A stretch of 64,000 nt of DNA from the sequence record MT446422.1; one strand, 5' to 3'. Source of the DNA: Escherichia virus TH57. The notes under the pieces were generated by a model. It worked only from the letters and a program-made list of their open reading frames with translations, was not told where the DNA came from and ran no database searches. Made by a program: the position numbers and the translations under genes. Shown here piece by piece: positions 19,535-33,076 of this stretch. The stretch's first letter is position 1, and each line of letters starts with the position of its first letter.

Positions 19535-21514
19535 TTATTGCACCCCAATCAGCTCATCAAAATCTGCACCAGTGCTAGTGGCTACGAAATTAAGCTGTAT
19601 ATAGTTAATACTGCGAGCGGGTTTATAATAAATGCTAGCAACAAACTCATTTCGGTCAATAACCGATGGGGTGTTGTTAGTAGTATCACAAACCACACGA
19701 CCTTCATAAATGCCACCGAGTGCACGAATACCATCCAAGTATTGAGAAGTTTCCATACGGAATGATGCACGAGTGAAGTTATCGTTAAGCTCAAACAGTT
19801 TATATTTGGATGCGTCACCGATATTTTTCTTCAGCATATTCGTAAGACGACGAACGTTAATATGGTCCATCGGAGATGGAACTTTAGTTGCAGTCTTATC
19901 ACCGTACAGAACAAAACCATCGCCACCTGCGAAACCAACAACCGGGTTGATAGCTTCCTGATACATACGGTCACGTTGGGTCTGACGTGGTTCGATTGCC
20001 AATTTCAGAACGTTCAGAATCTGACCACGGTTATAACCGGCTGGAGACATCCAAGGCTGAGAAATATCATCAGTACGAGCACACAGACCAGCCATATCAG
20101 CTGCCAGAGGAACCCAACGGTTCACGTCGTTATATTTATCATACTGATATTTATAGTTGCCATCAATGGCAGCATAAGTCGTGCTGATATTCATGTTATC
20201 AGTATCGAATGCACCGCTACCTGTACGCCAATCAATCAGGTTATCCACTGCACGGGTCAGAGGAACATTAACCAACAGGCCTTTCGGCGGGGAGATAAAT
20301 GCCAGGCAATCCTGACGTTCGTCAGCGATAGAAACTACGTGCTTCTGAACAGTGGAAGCAGTCGCATCACCTTCACCAGCTACTGCGCCAGCGATAAGCA
20401 GGTTAATATGCAGTGCTTCACGGTCAGCAAACAGGTCCCAACCTTGCATCAAATCACCAGCAGTAACCTGGTCGTTTGCAGAAATACCGCCCATCAGATT
20501 GATGATGCCTGCAAAGCCTTTTGGCCAGTTCAGAGAAGTCGCATAGATGTAATTGGAAGTACCTTTTGCAAAGTAGTCGTCCAGATAAATGTTGTTGCCG
20601 TAAACGTCTTTATCGCCTTCTTTAGTTGACAGAACAACGTTTTCAACGATAGCACCATCACGACGAACGATGATTGCATACTGGTCGTCAGACTGTGGTC
20701 CGTAGTTAAACACCGCACGAGCTACAGAAGCACGGGAACCGCCGCCTGGATAAATATCCAGCATCTTCGAAGCGCCAGCATCATAAGCAGCTTTGGAAAC
20801 GATTTCAACTTCGAGAGTCGAGCCGATTTCACCAGGATAAAGAGCAACAACACCTGGCATTGCATATTTCTGTAGGGAAGCCTGGAATTCCAGAGAGGTA
20901 ATAGCTTCTTCACTATTTTCCGCTTCGGTCAACAGGATACCAGAATCGGTAACAATTTTCCCGAGGGTAATCGTACCAGACACACCTGAAGAAGTGGTTA
21001 GGATTTCAGCAGTCCAAGCCGGGCCTAAAGCAGGATACTGGTTTACAGATTTTGCAAAGGCAATAATTTTGTCAGACGGAATGAAGACCGCAAGGATTTT
21101 CCCGTCAACGTCAACCTTGGTGATACGGCCAGCAGTTTCAACAACAGTCTGGTTGTGTTTAACCTGGATAACGTCACCGACTGCATAGTTAGAACCTGCA
21201 GTAGCGATTGTACTTTCGATGTTCCCTGCTACCGGGGATGCGTTTTTAGCAAATTCACGGTTAACAACACGAACGGTGCGCAGGTCATTACCATATTGAA
21301 GGAAATTCATTCCACTCATAAAGTAGTCAGCCGTAATATTGTTCGGGCCACCAAACAAATCGACAAGTTCCACTTCGTTTGTAATTTGAGTTACCTGGAA
21401 AGCTGGGCCCCACTGGAATTTACCAACCAGCGCCGCACGACCCGTCGCGTTACGAACAACAGTGCTTTGGACCGTTGTTTCTTTGAGCTCAATGCCCGGG
21501 GATAATAAAGCCAT
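19535..21514 (-). CDS. 18: tail sheath protein gp18
   Basis: 659 aa, identical length to T4 gp18; N-terminus MALLSPGIELKETTVQS. Confidence 0.95.
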   Translation of the reverse strand: MALLSPGIELKETTVQSTVVRNATGRAALVGKFQWGPAFQVTQITNEVELVDLFGGPNNITADYFMSGMNFLQYGNDLRTVRVVNREFAKNASPVAGNIESTIATAGSNYAVGDVIQVKHNQTVVETAGRITKVDVDGKILAVFIPSDKIIAFAKSVNQYPALGPAWTAEILTTSSGVSGTITLGKIVTDSGILLTEAENSEEAITSLEFQASLQKYAMPGVVALYPGEIGSTLEVEIVSKAAYDAGASKMLDIYPGGGSRASVARAVFNYGPQSDDQYAIIVRRDGAIVENVVLSTKEGDKDVYGNNIYLDDYFAKGTSNYIYATSLNWPKGFAGIINLMGGISANDQVTAGDLMQGWDLFADREALHINLLIAGAVAGEGDATASTVQKHVVSIADERQDCLAFISPPKGLLVNVPLTRAVDNLIDWRTGSGAFDTDNMNISTTYAAIDGNYKYQYDKYNDVNRWVPLAADMAGLCARTDDISQPWMSPAGYNRGQILNVLKLAIEPRQTQRDRMYQEAINPVVGFAGGDGFVLYGDKTATKVPSPMDHINVRRLTNMLKKNIGDASKYKLFELNDNFTRASFRMETSQYLDGIRALGGIYEGRVVCDTTNNTPSVIDRNEFVASIYYKPARSINYIQLNFVATSTGADFDELIGVQ

Positions 21515-21543
21515 TTTGAGTCCTCTAATAGTTTGCTTTACTT

Positions 21544-23850
<2,307 letters not shown>

Positions 23851-23854
<4 letters not shown>

Positions 23855-24726
23855 AATGATACCCTATTTTTTCTTGGAGCTGGAGGTGCTGGGTCAACCG
23901 GTACAGGAATATCCTGCGAATAGGTTTGAACAGATTCGCCTTGCCAGTCTTCTTGGTCGACGTCTCGTGGAACGGCTTCCGAGTCAACAGATTCGAAATT
24001 ACCTTCCGGTGCAAGCTCTCTGGAATTTGCAAAGAAGTCAAGATAGATAGTACGGATTTCCCCGGCTACTTCCTTGACCGGTGGATATAACCAACCGTTA
24101 ACTTCGAACATAATGGACCATTCGAGTCTACGACGAGTCATTGCATCACCTTCAATTTGCTCATCCATTGCTATGGACTGCAATACAATTCTTATATCAC
24201 GTTCGAACGTAATTTCATTCGTATAAAGTTCTGTGATAGTTGTATTAAAATGTGGCTGGAAGTAAGGCATGATTTGTTCAATAATCTGGAACATATCATC
24301 TTGATGCCTTGTATATATTCCAAGCTCGAAAATCATTTTGACCGGTACAGGAGAATATTGAGATATCTGCTTGCGAGGGTCGTTATTAGCAAATCGCGCC
24401 TGTGTGTGATTCTGGAGAGCCGTTTTATATTGCCCGTTATACATCAAGTCAACCATATGCAGGTTCATACGGGGCAATACGGTCTCGATTTTAGCCTTCT
24501 GAGCAGCACGTTCTTGTGGTGACATGTCAGGAGTCGGTGTATTCTGAATAGCGGTCCATTTTCCAAGCTGCATCATGAATTTTTCTTTTGAAGCATAAGA
24601 AATAGGGACCTTAATATATTTAAGTCCAGTGTCTTCTCTGGTTCTGGCCACTTGTACATGGGAAAATAAATCGCCCATTAAAACGATATAGCGACGCAGA
24701 GACGAATTATAAAAATGCCCAAACAA
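23851..24726 (-). CDS. 15: tail sheath stabilizer / completion protein gp15
   Basis: [13 protein letters not shown]...LMGDLFS matches remembered T4 gp15 N-terminus. Confidence 0.9.
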
Positions 24727-24769
24727 AGTAACCTCCAGACGCCCAGTTCGGGCGCATTAATAAATGTAT

Positions 24770-25555
24770 TTATTCATCAAAGAAACTATCGTCAAAGCTG
24801 TCCTGTTTTGCTTTAGGTGGAGCCTCAAGACCACGACCATTCTGCACAAAATACGGTTTAACATATTCAGCTGCTTCTGCGTTAATCTCATTGGATTCAG
24901 CATAAGGGATATCGCTGATATCTGTAAGACCATCGATATTGTGGATTGGTTGCAAATCGAGCTCACTGAATTCTGGAATATTAATACCTTCATTTCGTTG
25001 CAATTCAGGTTTAAGCTCTTCCCCGGAGTAAATGTATTTGCTCGCAGTGATTTTACGAATGGCGTTTTGGCCTACCTGATAGAATGGGTCATAAGGTTGC
25101 ACCCATGTTATTTCAAACAGGCTGTTATCGAGAGGGAAATAAATCAAATCCCCGGCAATAGGTTCAGTTCCGTTGCATTGATGTTTAAACAGGTTAGGGT
25201 TAATCGATATTGTAATTTCATCGTTCACAGTCATACCGAATTTACTAAAGATAGAACCATCACCCTGATATGCATCAAACGTATCCAGATATCCAGCAAA
25301 TTTCCATGCTTTATCAAATTTACTCTGGAGGTCTTCACCGAATAACAAATCAGGTTTAACGAATTGTCTTGGGATATAATAGAGAGACATCCCACGCATC
25401 TGAATACTTTCAGCAACGATAGCATCAGCTAAAGTCTGGGTATTTTCATGATGCATAAAGTTTACATAAGGGTTCAATATCTCTGTAGCATTAGTATTGT
25501 CATACCCGGTCCCGTCTTCGAGCCGGGCGAATAATCTTGAGTCATAAGTAGCCAT
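24770..25555 (-). CDS. 14: neck protein gp14
   Basis: 261 aa; position 13-14-15. Confidence 0.85.
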   Translation of the reverse strand: MATYDSRLFARLEDGTGYDNTNATEILNPYVNFMHHENTQTLADAIVAESIQMRGMSLYYIPRQFVKPDLLFGEDLQSKFDKAWKFAGYLDTFDAYQGDGSIFSKFGMTVNDEITISINPNLFKHQCNGTEPIAGDLIYFPLDNSLFEITWVQPYDPFYQVGQNAIRKITASKYIYSGEELKPELQRNEGINIPEFSELDLQPIHNIDGLTDISDIPYAESNEINAEAAEYVKPYFVQNGRGLEAPPKAKQDSFDDSFFDE

Positions 25556-26493
25556 TAGCCCACCAATATAGGAGTCGGTGCATCCAGCAGGTCAAGTTCT
25601 TCGCGGAGACGTTCTTTTTCCATGCGAGCTTCTTCGATTAAACGGACACCATCAACCGTGGTACCACCTGGCATCATCATCCCTTGGTGTTTAGCCAATA
25701 CGTTGCCGTTAACTTCCTTAACGAGCGCCGTGGCATAGTCTTTCACCCAACGGTTATTGTATGCACCATCTTGAAGACCAAGGTCCTCACCGGCTCTCAT
25801 ACCGCTTATTCTGCGCGCAGGGTTATCCCACTGCGCACCAGCATTCCATGGATTTGAACAATCACCGGAAGCATAGCCGTAACCTGCAGTATTGCTGGCC
25901 ATTGCATCAACACCATTAAAGGATTTGGTGTAAACTTCAATTACAATCACATCTCCCTGACGGAAGTTGCCCATAATTTTAAGTTGTTCAGTATCGTCGT
26001 TATACCAGTAATCGGGAAGCGGAACCATCAAGTCTTGCATCATTGAACGATATTGCATAAGCTGTGTAAAATAACCAAGGTCTGCCCCAAAAGCATTTGG
26101 GCCAAAGCTATTACATGAACTTCCCATCCCACCATTAATTCCGGCGAGTCCCAGAACAAAATCCGTAAACCATGGATATGTTGCTTGACCGTCCATCGAA
26201 GTTAATGAACCGACGTTAGTACGAATAATCTGTGTTACTGCAAAAATATTACGTCCTTTTAAATCGAAAACACCATCACGGAATTTCTGTTGTGAAACTT
26301 CATCATGACCGATATAAAAAGCCTGATATCCTTTGTTATAACCATTATAATGATATTCGCCATATAATTCTAATGCACGCTGGATGCAATCATAAACCTG
26401 TTCGGTCGTGACTTCGATATTCGTGATTGGAGCACCAAGACGACGAAGGATTGCATCTTTTAATTGTTTTGGGTTGTATGATTCAGTTGCCAT
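25555..26493 (-). CDS. 13: neck protein gp13
   Basis: 312 aa; position after fibritin. Confidence 0.85.
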   Translation of the reverse strand: MATESYNPKQLKDAILRRLGAPITNIEVTTEQVYDCIQRALELYGEYHYNGYNKGYQAFYIGHDEVSQQKFRDGVFDLKGRNIFAVTQIIRTNVGSLTSMDGQATYPWFTDFVLGLAGINGGMGSSCNSFGPNAFGADLGYFTQLMQYRSMMQDLMVPLPDYWYNDDTEQLKIMGNFRQGDVIVIEVYTKSFNGVDAMASNTAGYGYASGDCSNPWNAGAQWDNPARRISGMRAGEDLGLQDGAYNNRWVKDYATALVKEVNGNVLAKHQGMMMPGGTTVDGVRLIEEARMEKERLREELDLLDAPTPILVG

Positions 26494-26511
26494 ATGTTTT
26501 CCTCTTTACTG

Positions 26512-26519
26512 TATTTATA
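26512..26519 (-). promoter_or_regulatory. late promoter box TATAAATA (gene 13)
   Basis: exact TATAAATA about 20 nt upstream of gene 13 start, directly downstream of the fibritin terminator hairpin. Confidence 0.6.
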
Positions 26520-26522
26520 CGA

Positions 26523-26545
26523 AAAAAGGGCCGAAGCCCTTTTGT
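26523..26545 (-). terminator. rho-independent terminator after fibritin
   Basis: gggcttcggccc hairpin + ttttttc on minus strand. Confidence 0.65.
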
Positions 26546-28122
26546 TATGGTCCAACAGTCACGAATGTCGACAAAAGAACCCATGCATTATCAACGAGCA
26601 CATAAGGGAGTCCGTCAGCCGTAGGAGCAACAGGAGGCCTTTTGGCGAGTTCTGTTTCTAAGGCTAATACTTTACCTTCAAGTTCAGTTATCTTCGTCTC
26701 GGCTTCATCGGTGCGCGTTTCGATACCATCCACACGCAATGTCAGAGCAGATACATCACCACCTACGATTTCGGCCCAAGCACCGTCACGGCGACCATAT
26801 ATCTTCGTATCAGATGGAGCGTCACTAAGCTTAGTCGGCATTTCATTGGCCAGACCTTCGACAGTCGGGAGAATACCTTTTTCAGCAACAGTCGAACCGT
26901 TTGGGTTAGTTCCGTCGATTTGTGATTTAATCGTTAGGATAGAACCTTTGATACCTGACTGATTGTTACCGATTTCAGCCTGAATATCCTGAATGGCCGC
27001 GGCATTTGCGCGACTAGAAGTTTCGACTTCACGCATACGCGGAATCAAGGAAGTTGGTGCAGGGCTATCGCTAATACCTACTGCAACGTTAAGGGCAACA
27101 ACTTGTCCCTGCAAACCGCTGCTTGTATTTTCCCCGATAACAACACGAACACCTGTCATATCGTCGCGCAACGTTTTTAGACGTCCATTAATTGAAGTAG
27201 GTTCGGCATCGGTACCAATATCAGTTTCAACCTTTGACAATCTTGTATTCATACCAGATGTGGTATTTTCTAAATTTGTTGCCTTGGTTTCCAGAGTCCC
27301 GACACGGTTTGCGATACTTTGACCTTGACCAAAACCAATTGCAGTTTTGATATTCCCTATGTCAGTTTCATTGGTTCCGGCTTTAGCTTCAACCGCAGTT
27401 AAACGAGTATAAACAGGAGATTTACCAATACCTTCTGTACGCGGACCTAATTCTTCGCGTATCTCATTTAATTTAATCGTGAGACCACCCACATCAGAAT
27501 CATTGTAATTTTCCTCGAGAATAGTAAGACGACGTTGCGTGGTTGCAATTGCTGTACTGTTATCGATGATAATACGTTTCATCCCGGTGGCATCATTGGT
27601 TTCGCCTTCAGGCAACGGGTCGCCATTGATATCTTGGTTTGCATAATGACCCATTTCACGCTTAATACGGTTAATATTGGCACGAACGGTCAAATATGGT
27701 CCATCTTCCAGCGGGTTATAATAACCAACATCTTCCTGTAATTCACCGAGATTTGTGCCGGTATCAAGTAAAGCAATATCAGTTTCGGCTAAACCAGTTT
27801 GGAGGTCAACAATATTTTTACGGTTGGTTTCAATCTGTTGAATAACGCTTGCATCAGTGGAAATCTCCAGAGCTTCTTTAATCTGGTTAACACTATCGAC
27901 TATTTCGTTTACTTTGTCCTTAGTGGTCGTGTCATTCTTTTCCAGAGTTTCAACGTTGGTCTGTACGCCCAAAGCGGCGGCATTAAGGGCACCATCGTGC
28001 CCGTATTTGGTAGTGGCTGCAGTTAAGCAATCACCGTTGCGAATCCATTCAATTCGTTTCTGGTCAGCTTCTGGTACACCATCGACAAACGGAAGATTTG
28101 CTAATTCTAATTTGTTAATCAT
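26545..28122 (-). CDS. wac: fibritin (whisker antigen control protein) with C-terminal foldon
   Basis: 525 aa, heptad-rich coiled coil; C-terminus DGLPYVLVDNAWVLLSTFV resembles the T4 foldon. Confidence 0.85.
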   Translation of the reverse strand: MINKLELANLPFVDGVPEADQKRIEWIRNGDCLTAATTKYGHDGALNAAALGVQTNVETLEKNDTTTKDKVNEIVDSVNQIKEALEISTDASVIQQIETNRKNIVDLQTGLAETDIALLDTGTNLGELQEDVGYYNPLEDGPYLTVRANINRIKREMGHYANQDINGDPLPEGETNDATGMKRIIIDNSTAIATTQRRLTILEENYNDSDVGGLTIKLNEIREELGPRTEGIGKSPVYTRLTAVEAKAGTNETDIGNIKTAIGFGQGQSIANRVGTLETKATNLENTTSGMNTRLSKVETDIGTDAEPTSINGRLKTLRDDMTGVRVVIGENTSSGLQGQVVALNVAVGISDSPAPTSLIPRMREVETSSRANAAAIQDIQAEIGNNQSGIKGSILTIKSQIDGTNPNGSTVAEKGILPTVEGLANEMPTKLSDAPSDTKIYGRRDGAWAEIVGGDVSALTLRVDGIETRTDEAETKITELEGKVLALETELAKRPPVAPTADGLPYVLVDNAWVLLSTFVTVGP

Positions 28123-28131
28123 TTTTATTCC

Positions 28132-29667
28132 TTATCTGACCTTAATAATAAAAAGAATGGACATGGACCATGGGCGGCTTTCATTACCTATCAGACCTTC
28201 GCTGTTTAATGTAGTTCGAGAATCACGGCTACCAGCGCTATCGATTTCATAACCTTCGTTCGTAAAATAAGAACGGTTATCCCAGTCCAAACCTTTACGA
28301 GTGCCTGCATAGTTTGAACGAACTGTGTTACCAAATGCACCAGCATTATCATGTTCACCAAAACCACCGGCGTGCTTGTGGAAACGGAGTTGTTGCGCCT
28401 GTACTGTACCGTGACCATATGAACCAACACCTTGACCCAATTTAGGTTTTTGTTTGGAATCATTTCCCTTGGCGTTTCTTATATTAATGTTTGTTTCCCA
28501 TTCCTTCATAGCCCCATCGTTAGAACTGTTGGAACCACGAGGAAACAATCCACGAAAATCTGGCTTATTGCCAGTTGCGCCCCATTTACTACCAACGACA
28601 TTTCGGAAACCAGCATCACCGACATTACCACCGTCACAAATTTCCCAACCAGAAGGAATATTACCAGTTTGGCCACCCCACATAATAATAGTTCCGATTG
28701 GCACACTATCTTTTAGTTCGTTACGGGTTACAACATCCTGACCATTTCTGCGTAAAGTTCCATTAACGTTAAGAGTTCCATTAATTGTACCGCCACCAGT
28801 CGAAATGACGTTTGCATTATATGCAAGAGCTGTATTGCCATCACCTGAGCCAACAGTAGTGGTCAGTTTGACAATGCCAAGTCGTCCGGTATTACCAGTT
28901 TTTGCCTGAAGAGCTTGTGGAGTAATTGCTTTTGTTGCATCCGTACCTGTAATTGCTTCAGCACTGGAAGCCAATTGGACCAACCCTCGGCGGGAGGCAT
29001 TTGCAGTCAATGAAATAAGTCCAAGTGGAGAAACTGCCACACCGTTATTCATTGCACCAGCTTGAACCTCGGCCGGGGTTGCAATTTTAACAATCCCCTG
29101 TACAGTGGTTGTTGCTGCGCTATAAGTTGGAAGAGCTGCAGTTGCTGCACCGATGGCCAATGAAACCTTCAAAGGAGTCATGGCCGTTGTATCATCTGTT
29201 CCTGCTAGAGCTGCGGCTTGAGTCGAAATCTTAATTACACCATTACGGTCTTCTGTAGAAGTGCGGGTATTAAATGTATTATCAATAGAAGCTTTAAGAC
29301 TTGATGGAACAATAGCTGCATCGGTTACTGTACCATCAATAGCTTCTGCATCGGTTGCGTAACGGGTAATTCCGACAACAGTCTCTGTGGCCTGGGTTGG
29401 AATACTCAAACGAGCTTTAAGAGTTTCGGGGGTTACCGCAGTGTTATTGCCTATGCCATCAATAACTTCTTGTTCGGTCGCCAGGCGAATAATACCTGGT
29501 ACTGCAACCGTAGATTCTGGGATAAATCCATCAATAGCAATAGGAGCCAAAGCTCCCAATGCTTCCTGAACATTTGTTACTGACGGAGGAAATGAAGTTC
29601 CCGTTGGGTCAAATGTTTTATATTCGGATTTATCGCTAATATGTTTTAGCGTGTTAGTCGTTGTCAT
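28132..29667 (-). CDS. 12: short tail fibre protein gp12
   Basis: 511 aa; N-terminus ...YKTFDPTGTSFPPSVTNVQEALGALAP resembles remembered T4 gp12. Confidence 0.9.
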   Translation of the reverse strand: MTTTNTLKHISDKSEYKTFDPTGTSFPPSVTNVQEALGALAPIAIDGFIPESTVAVPGIIRLATEQEVIDGIGNNTAVTPETLKARLSIPTQATETVVGITRYATDAEAIDGTVTDAAIVPSSLKASIDNTFNTRTSTEDRNGVIKISTQAAALAGTDDTTAMTPLKVSLAIGAATAALPTYSAATTTVQGIVKIATPAEVQAGAMNNGVAVSPLGLISLTANASRRGLVQLASSAEAITGTDATKAITPQALQAKTGNTGRLGIVKLTTTVGSGDGNTALAYNANVISTGGGTINGTLNVNGTLRRNGQDVVTRNELKDSVPIGTIIMWGGQTGNIPSGWEICDGGNVGDAGFRNVVGSKWGATGNKPDFRGLFPRGSNSSNDGAMKEWETNINIRNAKGNDSKQKPKLGQGVGSYGHGTVQAQQLRFHKHAGGFGEHDNAGAFGNTVRSNYAGTRKGLDWDNRSYFTNEGYEIDSAGSRDSRTTLNSEGLIGNESRPWSMSILFIIKVR

Positions 29668-30332
29668 TAGTAGACTCGCTTATAGTAGTAAAGAGATGTT
29701 GGACCATTAACCGAACCACCTTGCAAGGTTACATCTTGTGCGCCAAGATATTCCCATTGTCCATACCCGGCACGTGGTTGTTGAACAATAGTTTGTTCCA
29801 TAACGCAACCATATTGGGATTTGGTTTCAAATATATGATTCTGATAGTCGTTATATGTAATATTTAATATAGACTGGTCCAGTGCATCAATTGATGTTTC
29901 CGCAAGAATAAGACCTTGTGAAATCGCAGTCAAAAGAACATCATTGACCTTCGATGCAACCAGCACGCTTGAGTCACCAACAATAACTTCTACCGGGAAA
30001 CCGAATACTTTAATAAGCACGGTTGCGCCAAGAGTTTCACCAGAAATAGACCCAGTGAACTTAATTTTATCAGACTGACTAATAAATCCAGGGGCGGTAT
30101 TCTCATGACGAGTAATTATCGAACCAACAGGAAGTTCAGCACGAAATGCAATATCATCAATTGCACTTTGGACTGTTGGATAGAATACACCATCATTTGT
30201 CTGGTTAGCAGACGGACCACCGATATAGCGGTTACCCGCTACAGCAGTGGAATCAGTAGTTGTATAATCAAACTGGAGGTAACCAGCATGGCGAGATATT
30301 ACACTCGCCTTTTTATTTGTCAACGTAGTCAT
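29667..30332 (-). CDS. 11: baseplate wedge subunit and tail pin gp11
   Basis: start at internal Met MTTLTNKKASVISR; about 221 aa; resembles T4 gp11. Confidence 0.85.
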   Translation of the reverse strand: MTTLTNKKASVISRHAGYLQFDYTTTDSTAVAGNRYIGGPSANQTNDGVFYPTVQSAIDDIAFRAELPVGSIITRHENTAPGFISQSDKIKFTGSISGETLGATVLIKVFGFPVEVIVGDSSVLVASKVNDVLLTAISQGLILAETSIDALDQSILNITYNDYQNHIFETKSQYGCVMEQTIVQQPRAGYGQWEYLGAQDVTLQGGSVNGPTSLYYYKRVY

Positions 30333-32143
30333 TATGCAATCCTTACCCAACGGTAAACAATCAAATATGGAGGAAGTATATCTATTGGCTGTGCCAGTGG
30401 GTCAAGAGCTTCATTAATAGTCGCATAATCTTCGCGATAGTTCGTATAAGCCGGACCTTGTGCATCTGGGTCAATCTGACAACCACCAACAATAATTGGG
30501 CCAGTTGCATCAGCTACTAATACTTTTTCATCGGTCTGAATTTTAGGAATATTGGTTGGTTTAATGTGAATTTGTACATTACCCCCAGTACCCCCTGCAG
30601 TTGCCTGTGGAACACCAGAAGAATCCAGGTCGTTATTGTTCGTATGGAAGTTCGAGGCTGGGTCAGCAGACCAACCAATCAAAACACGCTCTTCAAGGCG
30701 CTTCCATGTTCCCATACCCATATATGTTGCAGGGTTATTTGGGTTGGTCGTGTTCTCGTAAATTGTGCCAATTGGATGGAACATATTAAAGAGAATCGAA
30801 ACAGCAGATGGTTTAATTTCGCTTGGGTCAACCGGTTCCAGGTTAGGAGCAAATGGATTATCATAATCCGTAATTCTTATATCGCCGGTGATTGAAACTT
30901 CTGGACCTTGAGAAACATAAATGTTATTTGTTTCATCTGTAATTTCGTCAAGAGTCATTGTGGTACCGATATCGTTATTGTACCAAACTATGGACAGAAT
31001 ATCACCATCTTCAAATGTACGAGCAAACTCAAAAGATTCGATGCGGTTATTTTCATCAAAGGTTGTTATATAATCTTCTTTCGATTTGGCCCATTGGCCA
31101 CCATTATCTGTACACTCTTCTGCAGTTTCACCATTAGCACCTTCGCAGGTATAAGCTGGATAGTTTGCAGTTCCTGCTTCGTGTTGTAATATGCTGTTGA
31201 TATAAACTTCACATGCGTTCGGGTTAATCGGACTGCTCGGAGATACCGCCAGTTCAGTAACCATAAATGTGTGCTTAGTAGACAAATCAGCTACAATCAA
31301 AGAACCTTCAACCGGGGTTTCAAGAGTAAATTTCGAATCACGAATTTGAACATCTCGACGGTTATAAGAACTACGATACTGAGCAATACCATCGTTGAAT
31401 GTTCTGACAATGACTGTATCACCAGCAGCACAAGGCATACGTAAACGAATATTGCGACCGTCAAGGGATACAATTTCACCAGCTGCTGCACCAGGCGAAC
31501 CAAATTCAGCATTATCAGGGTCAAAAATATCATCTTTACCATAAAACAGGTCGTTACCACGGTGTTTAACTTCGAGGCTAGCAATGTTATAAGGACGACC
31601 ATTAAACACGTCCAGGAAGTCCGTTTGGCCTTCTGTTGCAATGAATTGCTGAGTCTCAACGGTTGCTACATCGTTATTTGAAATCTTGTCAATCTGTTTG
31701 TTGTCAATATATTCCCAACGACCAGGAGAACAATAAACCAGTTCGATATCCGCTAGGTTACGACGAATAACAACAGGGTCAGGAGAACCTTTCATTGTGT
31801 CACCGACAGCCGGAACAATCGTCACCGGGGAGACTTGCCATGTTGCAAATACATCACGCAAACGAATAACGTAATTATATTCGGCTGGTGTTCCTTTAGG
31901 GAGTTTAACAGTAATCATACCATTTGAGGTATTCACTGCATAGCTACGACCCATAACAGCTTCCAGGGTTGTGCCGTCGGCTACTGACCATGTTTTCCAT
32001 GCACCAGCAGCATGAGGATTTTCCCCATCACCGAGCTGGTAGTAAAGGTCATCAAAGTTATTATTAATTTTTTGACCGCCGAGACGAAGATAATCGCCGG
32101 TGCCATCATCGACCATCACGCCTATTTTTAAATTTTGTTTCAT
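30332..32143 (-). CDS. 10: baseplate wedge subunit and tail pin gp10
   Basis: 603 aa vs T4 gp10 602 aa. Confidence 0.9.
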   Translation of the reverse strand: MKQNLKIGVMVDDGTGDYLRLGGQKINNNFDDLYYQLGDGENPHAAGAWKTWSVADGTTLEAVMGRSYAVNTSNGMITVKLPKGTPAEYNYVIRLRDVFATWQVSPVTIVPAVGDTMKGSPDPVVIRRNLADIELVYCSPGRWEYIDNKQIDKISNNDVATVETQQFIATEGQTDFLDVFNGRPYNIASLEVKHRGNDLFYGKDDIFDPDNAEFGSPGAAAGEIVSLDGRNIRLRMPCAAGDTVIVRTFNDGIAQYRSSYNRRDVQIRDSKFTLETPVEGSLIVADLSTKHTFMVTELAVSPSSPINPNACEVYINSILQHEAGTANYPAYTCEGANGETAEECTDNGGQWAKSKEDYITTFDENNRIESFEFARTFEDGDILSIVWYNNDIGTTMTLDEITDETNNIYVSQGPEVSITGDIRITDYDNPFAPNLEPVDPSEIKPSAVSILFNMFHPIGTIYENTTNPNNPATYMGMGTWKRLEERVLIGWSADPASNFHTNNNDLDSSGVPQATAGGTGGNVQIHIKPTNIPKIQTDEKVLVADATGPIIVGGCQIDPDAQGPAYTNYREDYATINEALDPLAQPIDILPPYLIVYRWVRIA

Positions 32144-33012
32144 TAGATTGCTACCCCAATGGTTTGTGTCTCGGCTACCTTAATGGCGAGCTTCATGGAG
32201 ACTGGTGCGCTTACGGTCGCCGTAACGAAGTTGTCAGCGCCTATTTTAAAGTTAATGGTATATAACTCGTCATCGTCATCCACGTGACCACGACGCAATA
32301 CACCGTATTCTGTGCTATACACTTGGTTAGTCTGAGTGTCTACAAAGAGCATGACCTCTGATGCTTTGTATTTAGTTTCATCGGTAGATATAGCGGTTAA
32401 CAAAAGTTTCATTGTTTTGAAATCACCGCGCAATGCAATGGGAATATCTCTTGCGTTCAGGCCAATATTATAAGTTCGGTCCAAAGGAATGTGTTTTACA
32501 CCAAACATATTTTCGATTGAATAATCCCAGGTACCGACACCGTTTGCATCATCAATACACCAAAGAGTAATCTTTGTATAAGGGCTGGTGAAGCGAATTT
32601 TGTTGGTCGGAGCCGAAACGAAAGTATCTGTGCCTTGTAGTTCGATTTCTAAAGATTGAGTTGGCGATAAAGTCCCATTAGAGTTAATGAAGATAATACC
32701 TTCACCCATTTTACCGCGGGCAATCCTGGCAGTAACAACACCCTTGGAGGTATCAACATCACGGAGAGAACCAAGCGCAACAGGAGTGTTCCATTCGATT
32801 ATGTTTGTTGCTTTTTGATAATAACCAGTAGCATGCAAGACTTGGGAGTTCTGACCATTATCGATTGCATAAAGACGTTGGTCACCGAAGGTATTATAGA
32901 CGTTATTAAAATCTTCGTTAATTTTACGACCACCATCATATAAGATATCGCCGGTGCTGGCGTTACCAATTTCGCCGACATCTATTAAAAGTTTTGGAGT
33001 TTGATTAATCAT
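32143..33012 (-). CDS. 9: baseplate wedge tail fibre connector gp9
   Basis: 289 aa; N-terminus KLLIDVGEIGNASTGDILYDGGRKIN resembles T4 gp9. Confidence 0.9.
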   Translation of the reverse strand: MINQTPKLLIDVGEIGNASTGDILYDGGRKINEDFNNVYNTFGDQRLYAIDNGQNSQVLHATGYYQKATNIIEWNTPVALGSLRDVDTSKGVVTARIARGKMGEGIIFINSNGTLSPTQSLEIELQGTDTFVSAPTNKIRFTSPYTKITLWCIDDANGVGTWDYSIENMFGVKHIPLDRTYNIGLNARDIPIALRGDFKTMKLLLTAISTDETKYKASEVMLFVDTQTNQVYSTEYGVLRRGHVDDDDELYTINFKIGADNFVTATVSAPVSMKLAIKVAETQTIGVAI

Positions 33013-33039
33013 AGGTAAGCCTCATTATTGATATAGTTA

Positions 33040-33047
33040 TATTTATA
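33040..33047 (-). promoter_or_regulatory. late promoter box TATAAATA (gene 9)
   Basis: exact TATAAATA about 28 nt upstream of gene 9 start. Confidence 0.6.
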
Positions 33048-33051
33048 AAAT

Positions 33052-33073
33052 AAAAAAGGGACCCGAAGGTCCC
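33052..33073 (-). terminator. rho-independent terminator after gene 8
   Basis: gggaccttcgggtccc + ttttttatttt on minus strand. Confidence 0.7.
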
Positions 33074-33076
33074 TAG

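Noticed and set aside
12982-21505. Plus-strand ORFs embedded in minus-strand structural genes (e.g. 13505..14218 inside gene 23, 19862..20629 inside gene 18)
   Set aside because: They sit opposite highly conserved structural genes with no independent start signals; frame artefacts of AT-rich sequence.
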